64,000 bases of DNA from Octopus sinensis (lineage: Eukaryota), in NCBI RefSeq assembly GCF_006345805.1, contig NW_021830458.1, positions 1 through 64,000 on the forward strand. Reading direction: 5' to 3'. Under the pieces are notes generated by a model. The model had not been told where the DNA came from. It worked only from the letters and a program-made list of their open reading frames with translations, and searched no databases. The position numbers and the translations under genes were made by a program. This document shows positions 1-14,899 of this stretch, one piece after another; position 1 is the first letter of the stretch, and the number at the start of each line of letters is the position of its first letter.

Positions 1-135
1 TGTATGTATCTATGTATGTATGATATATATATATATATATATGTATGTATATATATATATATGTATGTATGTACGTATGTATATATCTATGTATGTATGT
101 ATCTATGTATGCATGTATCTATGTATGTACCTATG

Positions 136-171
<36 letters not shown>

Positions 172-174
172 TGT

Positions 175-220
<46 letters not shown>

Positions 221-249
221 ATCTATCCATCTGTCTGTCTTTCTGTCTT

Positions 250-285
<36 letters not shown>

Positions 286-345
286 TCTATCTAAATATCT
301 ATCTATCTATCTATCTTCATACACACACATGCACACACACATATA
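1..345. repeat. Compound microsatellite (TATG)n/(TA)n/(TCTA)n/(CA)n
   Basis: Directly visible short tandem repeats; the ORFs here are repeat translations. Confidence 0.95.
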
Positions 346-857
346 TATGCTGGGATGTTCTAGTAATATGTATATTTTTTGACCTATACAAAATGGATTT
401 GAAATAGAAGTGATTCTTATAGAAATAGATTGATCAATATAAAACGCAAAGAAGTGAAATAGAGAGAGAGAGAGAGAGAGGGAGGGAGAGAGAGAGAGAG
501 AAGAAGAGAGAGATGAAGAGAGAGAGAGAAGAATACATGTAGGTGTATTCGGTAGATAAGGTTTTCCATCTTTCACAAACACGTCTGCGTAATCATTTAA
601 TCTTACATTCCTACTTTAATTATTCTAATTACTGCAATTACTTCTTTAAAAGTTTACACCGTTATCTCGAGACATGAAATCCTACAAAGTTGTACTAGAT
701 AGAAATTGAATTTTTAAATGTTCACCCACATATATTTTTAAATAGTTCGTTTGGCGCTTCATGCAAAAAGTGACTACTTGGTGACCAGTTTGAGAAGCCG
801 TTCAGCGACCGGTTACACAACCGGCAGCTGAAGCCTGTTATCTCCCTTTAATTCTTA

Positions 858-1246
858 TGGATGGAAGCACTCCGTCGGTTACGACGACGAGGGTTCCGGT
901 TGATCCGAATCAACGGAACAGCCTGCTCGTGAAATTAACGTGTAAGTGGCTGAGCACCCCACAGACACGTGTACCCTTAACGTAGTTCTCGGGGATATTC
1001 AGCGTGACAAAGAGAGTGACAAGGCCGGCCCTTTGAAATACAGGTACAACAGAAACAGGAAGTAAGAGTGAGAGAAAGTTGTGGTGAAAGAGTACAGCAG
1101 GGATCACCACCATCCCCTGCCGGAGCCTCGTGGAGCTTGAGGTGTTTTCGCTCAATAAACACTCACAACACCCGGTCTGGGAATCGAAACCGCGATCCTA
1201 TGACCGCGAGTCCGCTGCCCTAACCACTGGGCAATTGCGCCTCCAC
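858..1246 (-). mobile_element. tRNA-derived SINE, group C
   Basis: Minus-strand head GTGGAGGCGCAATTGCCCAGTGGTTAGGGCAGCGGACTCGCGG...GGTTTCGATTCCC with A/B-box-like motifs; body and tail recur at 20.4, 33.5 and 62.6 kb. Confidence 0.8.
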
Positions 1247-1276
1247 TTTAATTCTTATACTCGGCATCTTAAAATA

Positions 1277-2599
1277 TTGGGTCATCCCTTAAATAATGGT
1301 GGTTTTTTCAATTGCATGAACTAAAAGCCGGAGGGGAACGGGATAAACTACCTGCATCAACTTCCTATAATAGCAGGCAGTAATTTTACTTTGCATTTTT
1401 TACTCTTTTACTTGTTTCAGTCATTTGATCGTGGCCATGCTGGAGCACCGCCTTTAGTCGAGCAAATCGATCCCAGGACTCATTCTTTGTAAGCCTAGGT
1501 ACTTATTCTATCGGTCTCTTTTTGCCGAACTGCTAAGTTACGGAGACGGTTGTCAAGGAATGTTGCGGGGACAAACACAGACACACAAACACACACACAC
1601 ACACACACATACGCGCACACACACATGCACACACAGACACACAAACAGACAAACACATATATATATAATATATATATATACAACGGGCTTCTTTCAGTTT
1701 CCGTCTACCAAATCCACTCACAAGGCTTTGGTCAGCCAGAGGCTATAGCAGAAGACACTTGCCCAAGGTGCCACGCAGTGGGACTGAACCCGGAACCATG
1801 TGGTTGGTAAGCAAGCTACTAACCACACAGCCATTCCTACGCCTTAGTGCAAGTTTTGGAGATCGCAGTTCAATTTTAACCGTTATTTTTCAAAGCTATA
1901 ATGGAAGTGATAAAAGAACATATTTAGCATATATTGTTTTATGAGCAACAACGTAACGTAAAGTGCAGTATATGGGGAACGGACAATAAACGTAAGCCAG
2001 TATCAACGGTGGTTCCAGAAATTTCGAGTCGGAAACTACAGCTTAGAAGACGAGCCTCGTCCTGTAGAGCTCGAAGAGGACGTCCTGCAAACCTTGGTGG
2101 GACAAAATCCCATCGTAACTGTTGAGGAGCTGGCAGAAAAGCTTGGATTTGGTCATTCAACCATTCATCGACATCAGTACCAGAAGGAAAACGACCATCT
2201 TTGGTTTCAAGACGAAAGGTGTTCTTGCATCAGGATAATGCTCGGCCACGTACAGCGAGGATGCATTCCAAAAGCTGGAGCAGTTTGAATGGGAATCGAT
2301 GCCCCACCCACCATATTCGCCAAACATTGCCCCATTTGATTATCATTTATTCCGCAGTCTTCAAAATCATTTGGACGAAAAAAAAAATGAATTCTGTAGA
2401 CGAGGTCAGAACAGTACAGGAGGAGTACTTTTCGTCACGGACAAGTGAATTTTGCAAGTGGGGCCTTGTAAGTCTACCAGATAGATGGAAGAGCATTGTA
2501 GAAAATGAAGGAGAGTATATTTTAGATTAAAAAAAGAACTTTATCTTAATTTTGAAAACTAAAAGAATAAAAAACCGCATTATTTATGGAATGACCTAA
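1277..2599 (+). mobile_element. Defective mariner transposon, internally deleted, interrupted by a group A SINE
   Basis: Imperfect TIRs (TTGGGTCATCCCTTAAATAATGG.. / ..CCGCATTATTTATGGAATGACCTAA) flanked by TA; transposase relics RWFQKFRVGNYSLEDEPR, LAEKLGFGHSTIHRH, HQDNARP, HPPYSPNIAPFDYHLFRSLQNHL and RWKSIVENEGEY between 1901 and 2530. Confidence 0.9.
1401..1844 (-). mobile_element. tRNA-derived SINE, group A, inserted in the mariner
   Basis: Head AGGCGTAGGAATGGCTGTGTGG.., internal (TA)/(TG) microsatellite, tail ..GACTGAAACAAGTAAAAGAGTA. Confidence 0.85.
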
Positions 2600-3149
2600 T
2601 ACAAACTATATTTAGTAAAATTTTATACACACACACATTTATTGTATACAGTTCAATATACCACAGCTGTTCCTACACCTCGACTGAGTGCGTAGGTATA
2701 AATTATATTATAGAATAGAAATTCATGAGGGTTAAGGGTTACCAACTGAACGGAGTACAACAAAAATCATGCTACATAGTAGGCAGAGACAAAACAACAC
2801 TAACTTTCACTTTCACTTACCTCTATATATATAAACATCGAACTTTCTCTAGTTTAGAGGTAGTGTAATGCATCCATGTAATGCTTTTTTGTTTTTTTCC
2901 TCTCTTCCTATGTATCTCTGTCTCTATGCATTTATATATATATCTTTGCTAGTCTGTCTGCTTTACTGCATTTCTTTCTCTCTGTCTCACTCTAGATGAA
3001 CATTTATGTTCACATTGCGCGCGCATATGCTCATATTGTATTTATTCTTCATCCACTAAGTTGCTTTCTGTCTTTCGTTTCCTCAATCACACTTCATTTG
3101 TGTCAATTAGAGTCTCTATGTGCATATCCGAATGTTTGCGTTTGAATGT

Positions 3150-3187
3150 GAATAGGTGCATACATACATACATACATACATAATACA

Positions 3188-3220
<33 letters not shown>

Positions 3221-3372
3221 GTGTGTGGACGTACTTAAGCACATATACAAAAAGTGACAAATACCAACATATATATCTAGGGCTACGTGTATATATATAA
3301 TATATTATATATATATACAATACATACATACATACATGCATACATACATACATACATACATACATGCATACT

Positions 3373-3429
<57 letters not shown>

Positions 3430-3600
3430 TAGATAGACAGATGCACACACACACAATCATATATCATATACCGACACATAGTTTGTATGTATGTATGAAT
3501 GGATATATATGTATGTATGCATATGTATATTATATATATATATATAATAGTATATATATATTATATCTATATATATGGTGTGTGTGTGTGTTGTATACGT
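3150..3600. repeat. Compound (TACA)/(TA)/(TG) microsatellite
   Basis: Visible tandem repeats. Confidence 0.9.
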
Positions 3601-4454
3601 ATATTTTGTGTATGTTTCTTCGTGTATATGTGTCAATATGATTGTGTGTGAAAGTACAGAGACATACTCTAACCTCAACCTTTAATCTCTTTCTGTTCAT
3701 TCTATCCGAAATTTTAATCCATCCGTAACTAGTCTAATAAGTGTTAATGGCTGTTAGAAAAACAAAAACAAAAAAAAAAAAAAAGAAAATAAACAAAGGA
3801 AAAGAAAAGAAAAAGAAAAGAACCAAAACAAAACAAAACTAAAAATAACAAAAAAAAAACTAAACTAAACGTAAAAGGAAAAAAAAAACATACAATGCTA
3901 AAACAAGAATAGAAATAAATAAATAAATAAATGACAACGGAAAGAGAAACAAAAACGAAAACAAGAAAATAAGAAAAAAATGGCGAAGGAAAATAAAACT
4001 CTTAAAGAAAACGCAAGAGACCCAAATAGAAGGAAAAATGGACAAAAGAAAGCAGGAAAGAATTGTGGAAAGGTGCAGAGTAGATAGCAAACCGACCAGC
4101 GATTGTCATGTATTATGTATTATTCGGTTTTATGGCATCGGCGACGTTAACTATAACAACAGGAAGTTGACCACAGAGTTATTTCGCTTTGTTTATAGAA
4201 AGCTATTATTCTAATTACCAATGAAATTCCGGAAGCTTCGGCTTGACGCCGAGAGAGCCATTTTCAAAAGCCAACTACTAATTTGTAAATTACTGACACG
4301 TTATTGTTGGTTAATTAAAGTGAATCGATTTGAATAATGAATAATGGTTAAAACCCACTCCCACCGTTTCTGCTACTTTATATTTCTTGCTGTGCAATGA
4401 ATCGTGTGTGTTGGGCGGTTTTGTAAGACGTAGCGTTTGTTTAGTTGTTCTGTA

Positions 4455-4512
4455 CACACAAACACACACACACACACACACGCACAAACGCATACACACG
4501 CATGTTCACACA

Positions 4513-4553
<41 letters not shown>

Positions 4554-4900
4554 ATACGCATGCACTCTCACACGCATACGCTCTCATACGCACGCGCTCT
4601 CACACACACGCGTGTACATACGCATGCGCACACACACACACGAGCACACACACGTGCACACACACACACGTGCAAACACACACGTGCACACACACGTGCA
4701 CACACACACACGGTCACACGCACACACACACACACACACACACACGCACAAGCATACAAACGCATAAACACACACAAATATAAACGAGTATATACACACA
4801 CCTATAGATATAGAGAGTTGTTCTGTACATACACACGCCAGACATATACACGTGCACATACACACATACACATATACGCACATATGCATACACACACACC
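4455..4900. repeat. Degenerate (CA)n/(CACG) microsatellite
   Basis: Visible tandem repeats. Confidence 0.9.
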
Positions 4901-5394
4901 TATAAGCAGAAAGAACTGTTTCGTTGTTGCTTGTGTTTCTGCGTGTAAGTTCGTGCGTGCATTTCTGTGTATTTAGCTGCGCGTAAATATACACACACAT
5001 ACATGCAAATTTACCAACGCCTGTGTGCATAAAATGTGTGCACGCATGAAGAACTAAACGTATATGTATGCATATCTATATATACAAAGATGTGAATATA
5101 TATGTATCTGTGCATGTAATAATATTCTATAACAAAATATGTAATAATAATAATATCAATAATCCATGGATGGGATTTATAAATATTTAAATGCATCGCT
5201 ACGCGCGTTTCCACAATTCACATGTTTCTTACGATCATAGTCCGTATTCCGGAGATGATTACAGTCCGTTGTATTCATGGACATGTGGTGGATCATAGTT
5301 CATCCATTCATTTCTTCGGGTGATGCAGCGGACATAATAAAATAAGAGATTTTATGTGCCTGCTCAGAAGCGTTTCCCCTAAACAAACATAAAG

Positions 5395-5715
5395 AATGTT
5401 TGTATGTATGTGTATATGTATGTATGTATTGTATGAATGTATGTATGTATGTATGTATGTATGTATGTATGTATGTATGTATGTATGTATGCATGTATGT
5501 ATGTATGTATGTGTGTACGTGTGTTTCCATGCATATATGCATGTATGTATACGTGTATGTATGTATGCATGCATGTATGTATGTATGCATGTATGTGTAC
5601 ATGCATACATGTATGTATGTATATATACATGTATGTATATATGTATGCATGCATGTCTGTATGTGTGTATACATGCATGTATGTATGTGTGTTTGTGTTT
5701 GTGTGTGTGCGTGTA
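5395..5715. repeat. (TATG)n microsatellite
   Basis: Visible tandem repeats. Confidence 0.9.
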
Positions 5716-6033
5716 TAAACATACACAGGAATACGACCTCGTCGGATTTTGAACTCAGAACATAATTACCTCCCCTGTCCCGAATAATAATAATCACCAG
5801 TTACCTCCCGTTAGATTTTTCTACTTGTTGATTCATTCACAAACTTCCATACAAGACCATAGACTAAAATACGAAATTCTGATAATTTCAATGTCATGAT
5901 TAGCGAAAGCGAAACCAGTCGACAAACACAATACTCTTTCACTTATAAAATATATTTTAAAATATACTAAAACTATGTAAACTGTGCATTTTCCTTCTGG
6001 GGATAATCGAAATTCTCTTTTTCTGTTACTACT

Positions 6034-6106
<73 letters not shown>

Positions 6107-6108
6107 AT

Positions 6109-6147
<39 letters not shown>

Positions 6148-6987
6148 GTATATACAACAATGCCATACAGTTTCCGTTTACCAAATTCCCTCTTAAGGCA
6201 TTGTTCGGCTCAGGGCTATAGTAGAAGATACTTACCCAAGGTGCTGCACAGTGGCACCCTAGGAAAGTGTCCCGAAATAACATGGTTGCAAAGCAGGCGT
6301 CTTACCAACATGACAGTACCTGCTACGAAGAAAATTGCTTCACAAATTTGTGTCTTTGAACGGGCAGTTTACCTTGTTGCATGTACATTTGAATTTCTAG
6401 GTGTATCATTTTATCATATAAGAATGATGTTTACCAACATTCATTGCACCACTGTAGATGGCTTTGGCAATATTTTTTCTTCACTGAACAGCTAATGGTA
6501 TTTACGACTTAAAATTTTCCTGATTAACGCTAAGAAAATCGAAGCTACTTTTGCTCTTACGTTTTGCTGAACAAGTTGAACGCAGTGTGAATTACATTTA
6601 TATTGAATGGCTTGATTATCGAGAGAAGAATGCTCTATATAAGCCGAGCAAAACACTGTCAAATTTGCTCAGCTGGAAAATATAACTTAATGCAGCGTTC
6701 TGATATACTACAGCAAAAACCTAAACTTGGATATCACAACGAAATGCTGTCAAGAAAGCGGACTCGGAAGCAGTTAAATTTAGCAGTGAAATGAATATCC
6801 ACCAATCCATTATAAGAATACAATATATACTTATATTGTACCTATGCTTTTAATCATTTGTATTGGCTAAAACTTTTGATTGAAGAGTAAGATATGCCTA
6901 CACCACCAACGGTACGGTGGATTAGAACGTTAAGGTTATCGCAATGCATTGTGTGCGTATACATACATACATACATACATACATACA

Positions 6988-7021
<34 letters not shown>

Positions 7022-7682
7022 CATACATACACACACACATATATATACATATATATGAATATATGTATATGTATGTATATATATATGTATATATATGTAT
7101 ATATATACATATATATATATGCATATATATATATTATATATATATATAGGTGAGAGAGTTGGTATGTGAAAGCACGTGTTTGGATGTATTGAGAAATTTG
7201 AAAAGAAAATACGAAACCGGTTATTTCTCCAAAAACTATGTTACTATACACAAAATTTTATAACATTTTTCTCACATAACGACTTAAATATATTCTTTAA
7301 CCATATAACACAAGCCGTCTGTAGTTTTCCACTCTTTTATTATTATATATATATGTATATATATATGTATATATATATATATGTATGTTTGTATGTATGT
7401 ACGGTTGAATGGATGGATGGGTGTAGAATTAACAGCAAAATTAAAAGAAAAAATATGATATACCAGTTTCCTTATTCTTTGGAATTGCTTTGCATTTACA
7501 CTTTGTAAATATTCATAATCCAGTGAAACGAAGCCAGGATTTACCCTTCAGTGGGATGGCTCGCCCTGAGTAACCCTAGGTGCTTCTTACTGGTCGATGT
7601 GGTTAGCCCGAACCTGGACTGTACTCGAGTGCTTGTACAGTACACGCTTGGAAAATTTATCCCTATATACTCATTATATACA

Positions 7683-7752
<70 letters not shown>

Positions 7753-8109
7753 ATCGTTACTAATTGTAGCGGGCTGTATTATATTCGAACGTTGTGTATA
7801 CTTAAGACAATAGAACGGTTATCAATTTTACAATGTTTCTGCTGCATACCGAGGCAGTCGCTTCACCCGAGATTTGATTATGAATAGGTTGACTAAACTG
7901 ATAAGAATTAAAGTCTCTGTTGCAAAATAGCACTTCATCGGCAACAGGACGCAGTTTTCCCGACCTAGTACTATACTCGTTAGATCCACGAAACTGTGAA
8001 TTATCTTTTCTAAGAATGTCTAACATAAATCACCAAAGGGTTTTATCTTCTTTCTAGGCCACGGAAAATTGCGAGTTAATATTTCCCTGGCTGTGTGGTA
8101 AGTAGCTAT

Positions 8110-8272
8110 AGGCGCAGGAGACGCTGTGTGGTAAGTAGTTTGTTTACCAACCACATGGTTCTGGGTTCAGTCTCACTGCATGGCACCTTGGGTAAGTGTC
8201 TTCTAATATAGCCTCGGGCCGACCAAAGCCTTGTGAGTGGATTTGGTAGACGGAAACTGAAAGAAGCCCGTC

Positions 8273-8315
<43 letters not shown>

Positions 8316-8533
8316 GTGTGTGTGCGTGTATATGTTTGTGTGTCTGGGTTTGTCCCCCAACATCGCTTGACAACCGATGCTGGTGTGTTTACGTCCCCGT
8401 AACTTAGCGGTTCGGCAAAAGAGACCGATAAAATAAGTACTCGGCTTACAAAGAATAAGTCCTGGGATCTATTTGCTCGACTAGAGGCGGTGCTCCAGCA
8501 TGGCCTCAGTCAAATGATTGAAACAAGTAAAAG
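8110..8533 (+). mobile_element. SINE group A
   Basis: Head, CACCTTGGGTAAGTGTC core, GAAGCCCGTCG+(TA)n(TG)n, tail AAACAAGTAAAAG. Confidence 0.85.
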
Positions 8534-8717
8534 ATTAGTATACTCCTTTGTGTTGGGTTCAAATATTACCGACGGCAACTTAGTTTTTCACCCGACACAA
8601 ACTAATGAAATAAAAACATTAGTTCTTGCCAGTAATTCCTGAGTGAATAGATATAACATCTAAGGCATTCCGTTCGTATCAATCCTGTGATTTTTTCAGC
8701 TATTATGTACCTCAAAG

Positions 8718-9085
8718 AAGGTGGCGAGCTGGTAGAATCGTTTGCACGCCGGGTGATATGCTTAGCGGTATTTCGTCTGCCGTTACGTTCTGACTTCAAA
8801 TTCCGCCGAGGTCGACTTTACCTTTCATCCTTCCGGGGTCGATAAGTTAAGTACCAGTTACGCACTGGGGTCAATGTAATCGACTTAATCCGTTTGTCTG
8901 TCCTTGTTTGTCCTCTCTGTGTTTAGCCCCTTGTGGGTAGTAAAGAAATAAGTATTTCGTCTGCCGTTACGTTCTGAGTTCAAATTCCGCCGAGGTCGAC
9001 TTTGCCTTTCATCCTTTCGGGGTCGATAAAACAAAATACCTATTGAGCACTGGAGTCGATGTAGTCGACTATCCTCCCCCATCAA
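8718..9085 (+). mobile_element. SINE group B tandem pair (core resembles the Meta-type SINE domain)
   Basis: Head AAGGTGGCGAGCTGG; core CCGAGGTCGACTTTGCCTTTCATCCTTTCGGGGTCGATAA; second unit restarts at GTATTTCGTCTGCC. The Meta-domain resemblance is from recall, not an alignment. Confidence 0.8.
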
Positions 9086-10482
9086 ACTTTCAGACCAGGT
9101 GCCTACAGTTCAAAGGATTATGTACTGCAGGTTATTTATCCAACGTTTTTTTCATTAGCACAGAAGTATGCAATTTGATGAAAACTTAGCTGCTATTTCT
9201 AACGTGTTAACGGACCATACAGAGGTTCTCTCTTCGGTTTGTAATACAATTAGCTGTAAAACTGGAGTCAATTCGACCGTCGGTGTTTCTATCGCTGCCA
9301 AATTGTCTTTTGCACCCGGTGAAAATTAAGAAAAACTGTTTTTCAATTCGTATCTCATCTTCATTTAATAAGGAATAATGACTGTCAAGAATTATGAATT
9401 TAATAATAGATAATGAAGAATGAATTTAATAATCTACATTTGGTTCATATGGTTGACAACCTTTCTCATATACTAACTTCTATAAATATACAACCAGAAA
9501 CAACTCAATCAAGTCATATGACCTCAGCGCGACCTAACTGTTGTGAGGAAAATAAGCGAACAAAGAATTGCCTGGAGGGAATTAACAGTTATTATTGTTA
9601 GAGAATATAGCACAAGTTAATCCAAACACACGGACTTCAGCGATGTGACAAAGTTAATAGTAATAATAATAGGAAAAGATTGCGTTCATTTAATATAATT
9701 TATAGTCTATTTACAATAAACTAAGTCTTCAAGTCAACTTATACTGAGTTTGGTAATTGCATTTATTTGTTTTTGAGACTCTCAATGGTCAATTGGTTCT
9801 TCTGTAAGAATATTAGTAAGTGAAATATAACAGTGTAAGAAATATGACGAGTTGTCACGAAGACCGGGATAATTTCGACAAGTAGTATTGCGAAAATCGA
9901 AAGTAACCGTAGGCAATGAAAAGAACAGCTAACCTTATACAACAACAATAACAACAACATCATCATCATCCTCCTCCTCCTCCTCCTCATCATCATCATC
10001 ATCATCAACAACAACTACAAAAATAATCCTTTCTACTTTTGGCACAAGGCTTGATTACATCGACCCGAGTGCTCGACTGGTATTTATTTCATCGACCTCC
10101 GAAAGGATGAACGGCAATGTAGACCTCGGCAGAATTTGAACTCAGAACGTGAAGACGAATAAAATGACACTACGTGTTTTGTTCGGAATGGTAACGATTT
10201 TGCCAGCTCGCTGTCATTAAGAGAATCGAACTCTGTACCCCACAAATTCCGGCTGAGTGCTTTGTACCATTGAGCTAAAAGACACTTGACATTGTATATT
10301 AAGGTACTAGAAATTTAGAATACAAATAAATACAGGTAAAATACAATAAATAAATAAATAAGTAAATAAATAGATATGTATGTGTGTGTGTGTGTGTGTG
10401 TGTGGTTCTATCCACAGCAGATAGAACCAGGGCACCCCATAACCCTAACCACGTTCTACTCCTTGCTCTGGAAATTAACAAT

Positions 10483-10648
10483 AAGCGTAGGAGTGGCTGT
10501 GTGGTAAGTAGCTTGCTTACCAACCACATGGTTCCGGGTTCGGTCTCACTGCGCGGCACTTTGGGCAAGTGTCTTCTACTATAGCCTCGGGCTGACCAAA
10601 GCCTTGTGAGTGGATTGGTAGACGGAAACTGAAAGAAGCCCGTCGTAT

Positions 10649-10730
<82 letters not shown>

Positions 10731-10845
10731 TTGTGTGTCTGTGTTTGTCCCCCCCAACGTTGCTTGACAACCGACAAAAGGCGGTGCTCCAGCATGGCCA
10801 CAGTCAAATGACTGAAACAAGTAAAAGAGAGTAAAGAGTAAAGAA
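10483..10845 (+). mobile_element. SINE group A with internal deletion
   Basis: Same head and tail as the other copies; jumps from GCTTGACAACCGA to AAAGGCGGTGCTCC. Confidence 0.8.
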
Positions 10846-13009
10846 TAATTGAAAAAGTACCCCTGAGTATTTTTGAAGTTAAACGAGTTTCCAGTTCCCC
10901 CATGCGTTTACCCTAGCCCTAACTCTTACAGTATCGCTAAACCCAGCCCTCAAACTCTAATCACACCCTCCTGGTAGTTTCACTCTACAACTGCTAGTAT
11001 ACTTTACATCAATACTTTATTCAAATTTGTAAAACTGAGTGGCATATCCTTTTCAATCTACATTTTATTTTCTCCTTCTTTCAGATCGTCCAAAATCTTC
11101 ATTTTCTTGTATGCAATTCAAAAAACCGTAAATCTTACGTATTTCCAACAGGACATGGGACCGTCCATCTTGGTTTTACATGCCTTTGTTTTGCGCTCGT
11201 TTATTCTCCTCGACAGTTTTCTTTCTCATCATTGCAACCATCAACAATTTGTCACCATTCTTCATTCACTAAATCTCCCCTATCTTTGCATTACAATGGG
11301 TGCTGCTGTCTACAACCAGTACATGGAGTCCATGGTACCAGACTAAGAACAGGGATGTATCAAAACAGTTCCACCTGTTTTCGTACCTATATCCAGTTTT
11401 GAGATCAGAACACACGTTCGTACCCTCTGTTCTGAGATCGTCTTCATGTTTATCAATTTACACTAAGAAAAAAGAAACCCACAACAATAAGCAAACCAGC
11501 AGAGGCGACTGTAAGACATCTGAATGCATAACACCCACTAATAATACTAAAGATTTCTACTATAGACACAAGACTACATATTTGATGGCTAGCATAATGA
11601 TTAGATCGACCATAGTGAATTACAGGTACTTTATGTTTAACGATTTCGAAAGGGTAAAAGGAAGAGTCGGCTCTAGCAAAATTTATTCTCAGAAGATGAA
11701 GTAATGTAAGGATATAGTGCAAAGTTGGTTATATTGATAATTCTTTCTTAGGCTGCGCTTGTTCTTGATATCTAACATTGGCATCCGGCTATAGATTATT
11801 TGGCGGACGAGACACTCGAGTGTATCAAATTTGATACTTTACAGGTGCTATTTTATCGACTTAAGAAGGATGAAAGGCGAAAGTAGAACTCAGTGCCCTG
11901 CGATTTATAACATTTGAAAAAGGCAAGAAATGTTTTGAGGGAGGACACAGCCAATTAAATCTTCTGTAGTAAGTGACTCGTGCTTACGTTATCGAACCCA
12001 GAATGATAAAAGGTAACGGCGACCCCGAAGGAATTACTGAACAAACACAAATGTTTTTTTTTTCCTTCAGATAGAAGAAATGTGTGAAGAAATGACTAGA
12101 AATACTTGTGACTGTATCTACAAAGGATTACACGGGGAACGAAATATACATTTTTCAATGTTCTTCAGATGTCGGATATGATAAGTATGTGTGTGTCTTT
12201 CATAGAAGGTGGGGAAGGTCATCGCCATAAATTAAGGGGAACAACTGTAATATAAATCACTGCGCCACCTGCCGATGTCTCCTTGTAATTATCCTGAATG
12301 TTCAATCAGAGAATTCTATTGATATACAGAGCTGTTTCAATAAATAGTATATAAAGGAAAAACAAAAATAAATGGGAGAAAAATTAAGAAATGATATAAA
12401 AAAAATTATTCCACAATATTGAATAAAATTACGTTTTGGTATGAGCTAAGAAAAAAACACGAAAAAAGAAAGGCAAGTAATTTTGGTAAATATTCCAAAG
12501 AACTGTATCGATGTCATTCGGAGTAGTTATATATTTATGGAAATAAGTCTAACGAATCCGAGAAATATTTCTTTTGGTACCATATTAATAGAATACATTT
12601 GTATATTAATCTAAGTGTAGATATAGACAGAAAAAAATCAGGAAAAAATGTCTGCTTTTGCCTAAACAACAACAAAAATAATAACAAAAGACGCCACTTT
12701 AAAAAAAAAGGTAAAATAAAACAAAACAAAAAAACCCAGACTGGTGTTATACGGGTTACATCTGTTGCTCTCTTAATATTTCTACCTTGCTTTATTAATT
12801 TTCTTATTGGTGTTTTAGCCAATCTGTCAATGGCAGCACAGTTGTGTATTGAACTAAATTCAGTACATTACAGGTGTATAAATAGTTTTCAACGCCGAAT
12901 TTACCATAGAAAAAACCAAAATTCCATTCGACAAAGATTTTTTTTGTCTTTATTGATGGACCTGGAGGAAGGGCAAGTGTTCATGCTTTGACCAGTGAGA
13001 CTGTTGTCA

Positions 13010-13275
13010 TTAATGTTCCTCTCAAACTTTTATAAAACTTTAAAAATCATGAGATTGGTGGGAATTCCAGAGAGCTGACGTTCGTGGAAGAAAGGACTGG
13101 GTGTAGTGGTTGGCGTAGGACATGGTGGGGTTGGACATATCAAGAGTGATGAGTGGAGGGTAAATATGTGGGATAGGAATGCTTGATGGGGCAAGGCCAT
13201 CCAGCCATTATAGTAGCAACAGAAAAAGGCAGAGAGAGGAGAAGCGCCTCTGTTGGCCAGAGGCTGGAATGTGTC
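13010..13275 (-). mobile_element. 3' remnant of a CR1/L2-group LINE
   Basis: Minus-strand relics QPLANRGASPLSAFFCCYYNG and NHYTQSFLPRTSALWNS resemble the CR1/L2-type ORF2 C-terminus. Confidence 0.6.
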
Positions 13276-13391
13276 TGTGAATGAGTTTATACCTCCAAAA
13301 TGTAAAGAGACTTCATTACCTAGAACACGATGCTCAAGACCGTAATCGGCCGTTTTTGCAACCCCAACACCCTTACATCCATAACTCTATT

Positions 13392-13770
13392 GGCGGGCGA
13401 GTTGGCTGAAACGTTAGCATGCCGGGCGAAATGCTTAGCGGTATTTTGTCTGCCACTACGTTCTGAGTTCAAATTCCGCCGAGGTCGACTTTGCCTTTCA
13501 TACTTTCGGGGTCGATAAACTAAGTACCAGTTACGCACTGGGGTCGATATAATCGACTTAATCCGTTTGTCTGTCTGTCCTTATTTGTCCTCTCTGTGTT
13601 TAGCCGCTTGTTGGTAGTAAAGAAATAGGTATTTCGTCTGTCTTAACGTTCTGAGCCCAAATTCCGCCAAGGTCGACTTTGCCTTTCATCCGTTCGGGGT
13701 CGATAAACTAAGTACCAGTTACGCACTGGGGTCTCTGTGTTTAACACCTTGTGGGTAGTAAAGAAATAGG
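13392..13770 (+). mobile_element. SINE group B tandem pair
   Basis: Full unit followed by AAAGAAATA|GGTATTTCGTC restart. Confidence 0.85.
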
Positions 13771-14899
13771 TTTTAGTACTTTTGTTTAGTGCTAGTGGAT
13801 CATTTGACGGTCAGGAGGTGATCAGAATAAAACCAAAATAGCATACCCGGGTTGACTTTTGTAGCTAACAAAAAGGAAAAAAAGGAAAAAGAAGATAACA
13901 TTAGTCTTTGAATATTAATTTTTCTTCTATGCGTATTTATTTCTAATTCTATTTTCATTGTACATGTATCAAGTAAATCGATACTAACTCAACAGTTGAC
14001 TTTCAGGCAGTTGGTGCCTCTATTCTTTAAAAAATTTTTAACCACTTATATTTTTCAACCCCAGTAATCATGCAGTTTTGTACATTTAGTAAACGGTTCT
14101 CTTATTAGTACTTCTTTGTGCATGGCGAAAAATTCGCTTCACCAATGAGGTTAGAATAATATAAAAACGTTACCAAAGTTGTCTCTCATACTTCACTAAT
14201 CTAATTTTTATCTTCACCGCATATTTAATTTAATTTAATGTTTTTCTTTTTGTATTCTTTCTATAACCATTAGGTTACTTAAATATACAGTCTACCGAAT
14301 CGATCCCGTATATGCTTGGCTGTTATTCACTTCTTAGTAATAAAATTACAAAACTACCTCAGCAATATTTGAACTTACAGTTAGATTTAAGAGCGATTTG
14401 GCTTCTATTTCTAGCAGATCAAACGATGGTGTAGCAGCTCCAACGCTGGGAAATTTATAGAGAATCTGATTTACACCTAGATTAGCACCGATGTGGACTT
14501 GTGTATGTGTGTGTGAGTGTATGTGTGTGCATGTGCTTGCATGTATGTGAGTGTCAGTCTAGGCCAGAGGCAATTCGAGCTATTATGATGACCATTCTGC
14601 AGCGAAAATAAAATATCGGGAGACCGACACTCCTTGAACGGGATGCCGGTCCATCACGAGATTAATCCCAGCTACCGCTGGTACTTCTTTTCAGCTGAGT
14701 AAACTAGAACGACATGAAATGAAATTCCTTGTCCAAGGAAACAATGCCCATCCCGAACGAATAGCCTTAAAAGCGTGTGCCCAACGCCTTAACAACTAGG
14801 CTATCGGTACTATATATTTAATAAAATAACATGCGATTAGAACTCAGAATACAATATGACCTAACTAGATAACGAACAGTACTTTGCCCACTTCGTGTA

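Noticed and set aside
4080-4300. CpG-containing patch with ETS-like (CAGGAAGT, CCGGAAG) and GCCATTTT motifs as a promoter
   Set aside because: Short motifs occur by chance and no associated gene is identifiable
8110-8175. SINE heads as additional tRNA genes
   Set aside because: A/B boxes are present but there is no complete cloverleaf, and they continue into SINE bodies
11300-11704. 134-aa ORF in non-repeat sequence
   Set aside because: No motif recognised in any frame on either strand
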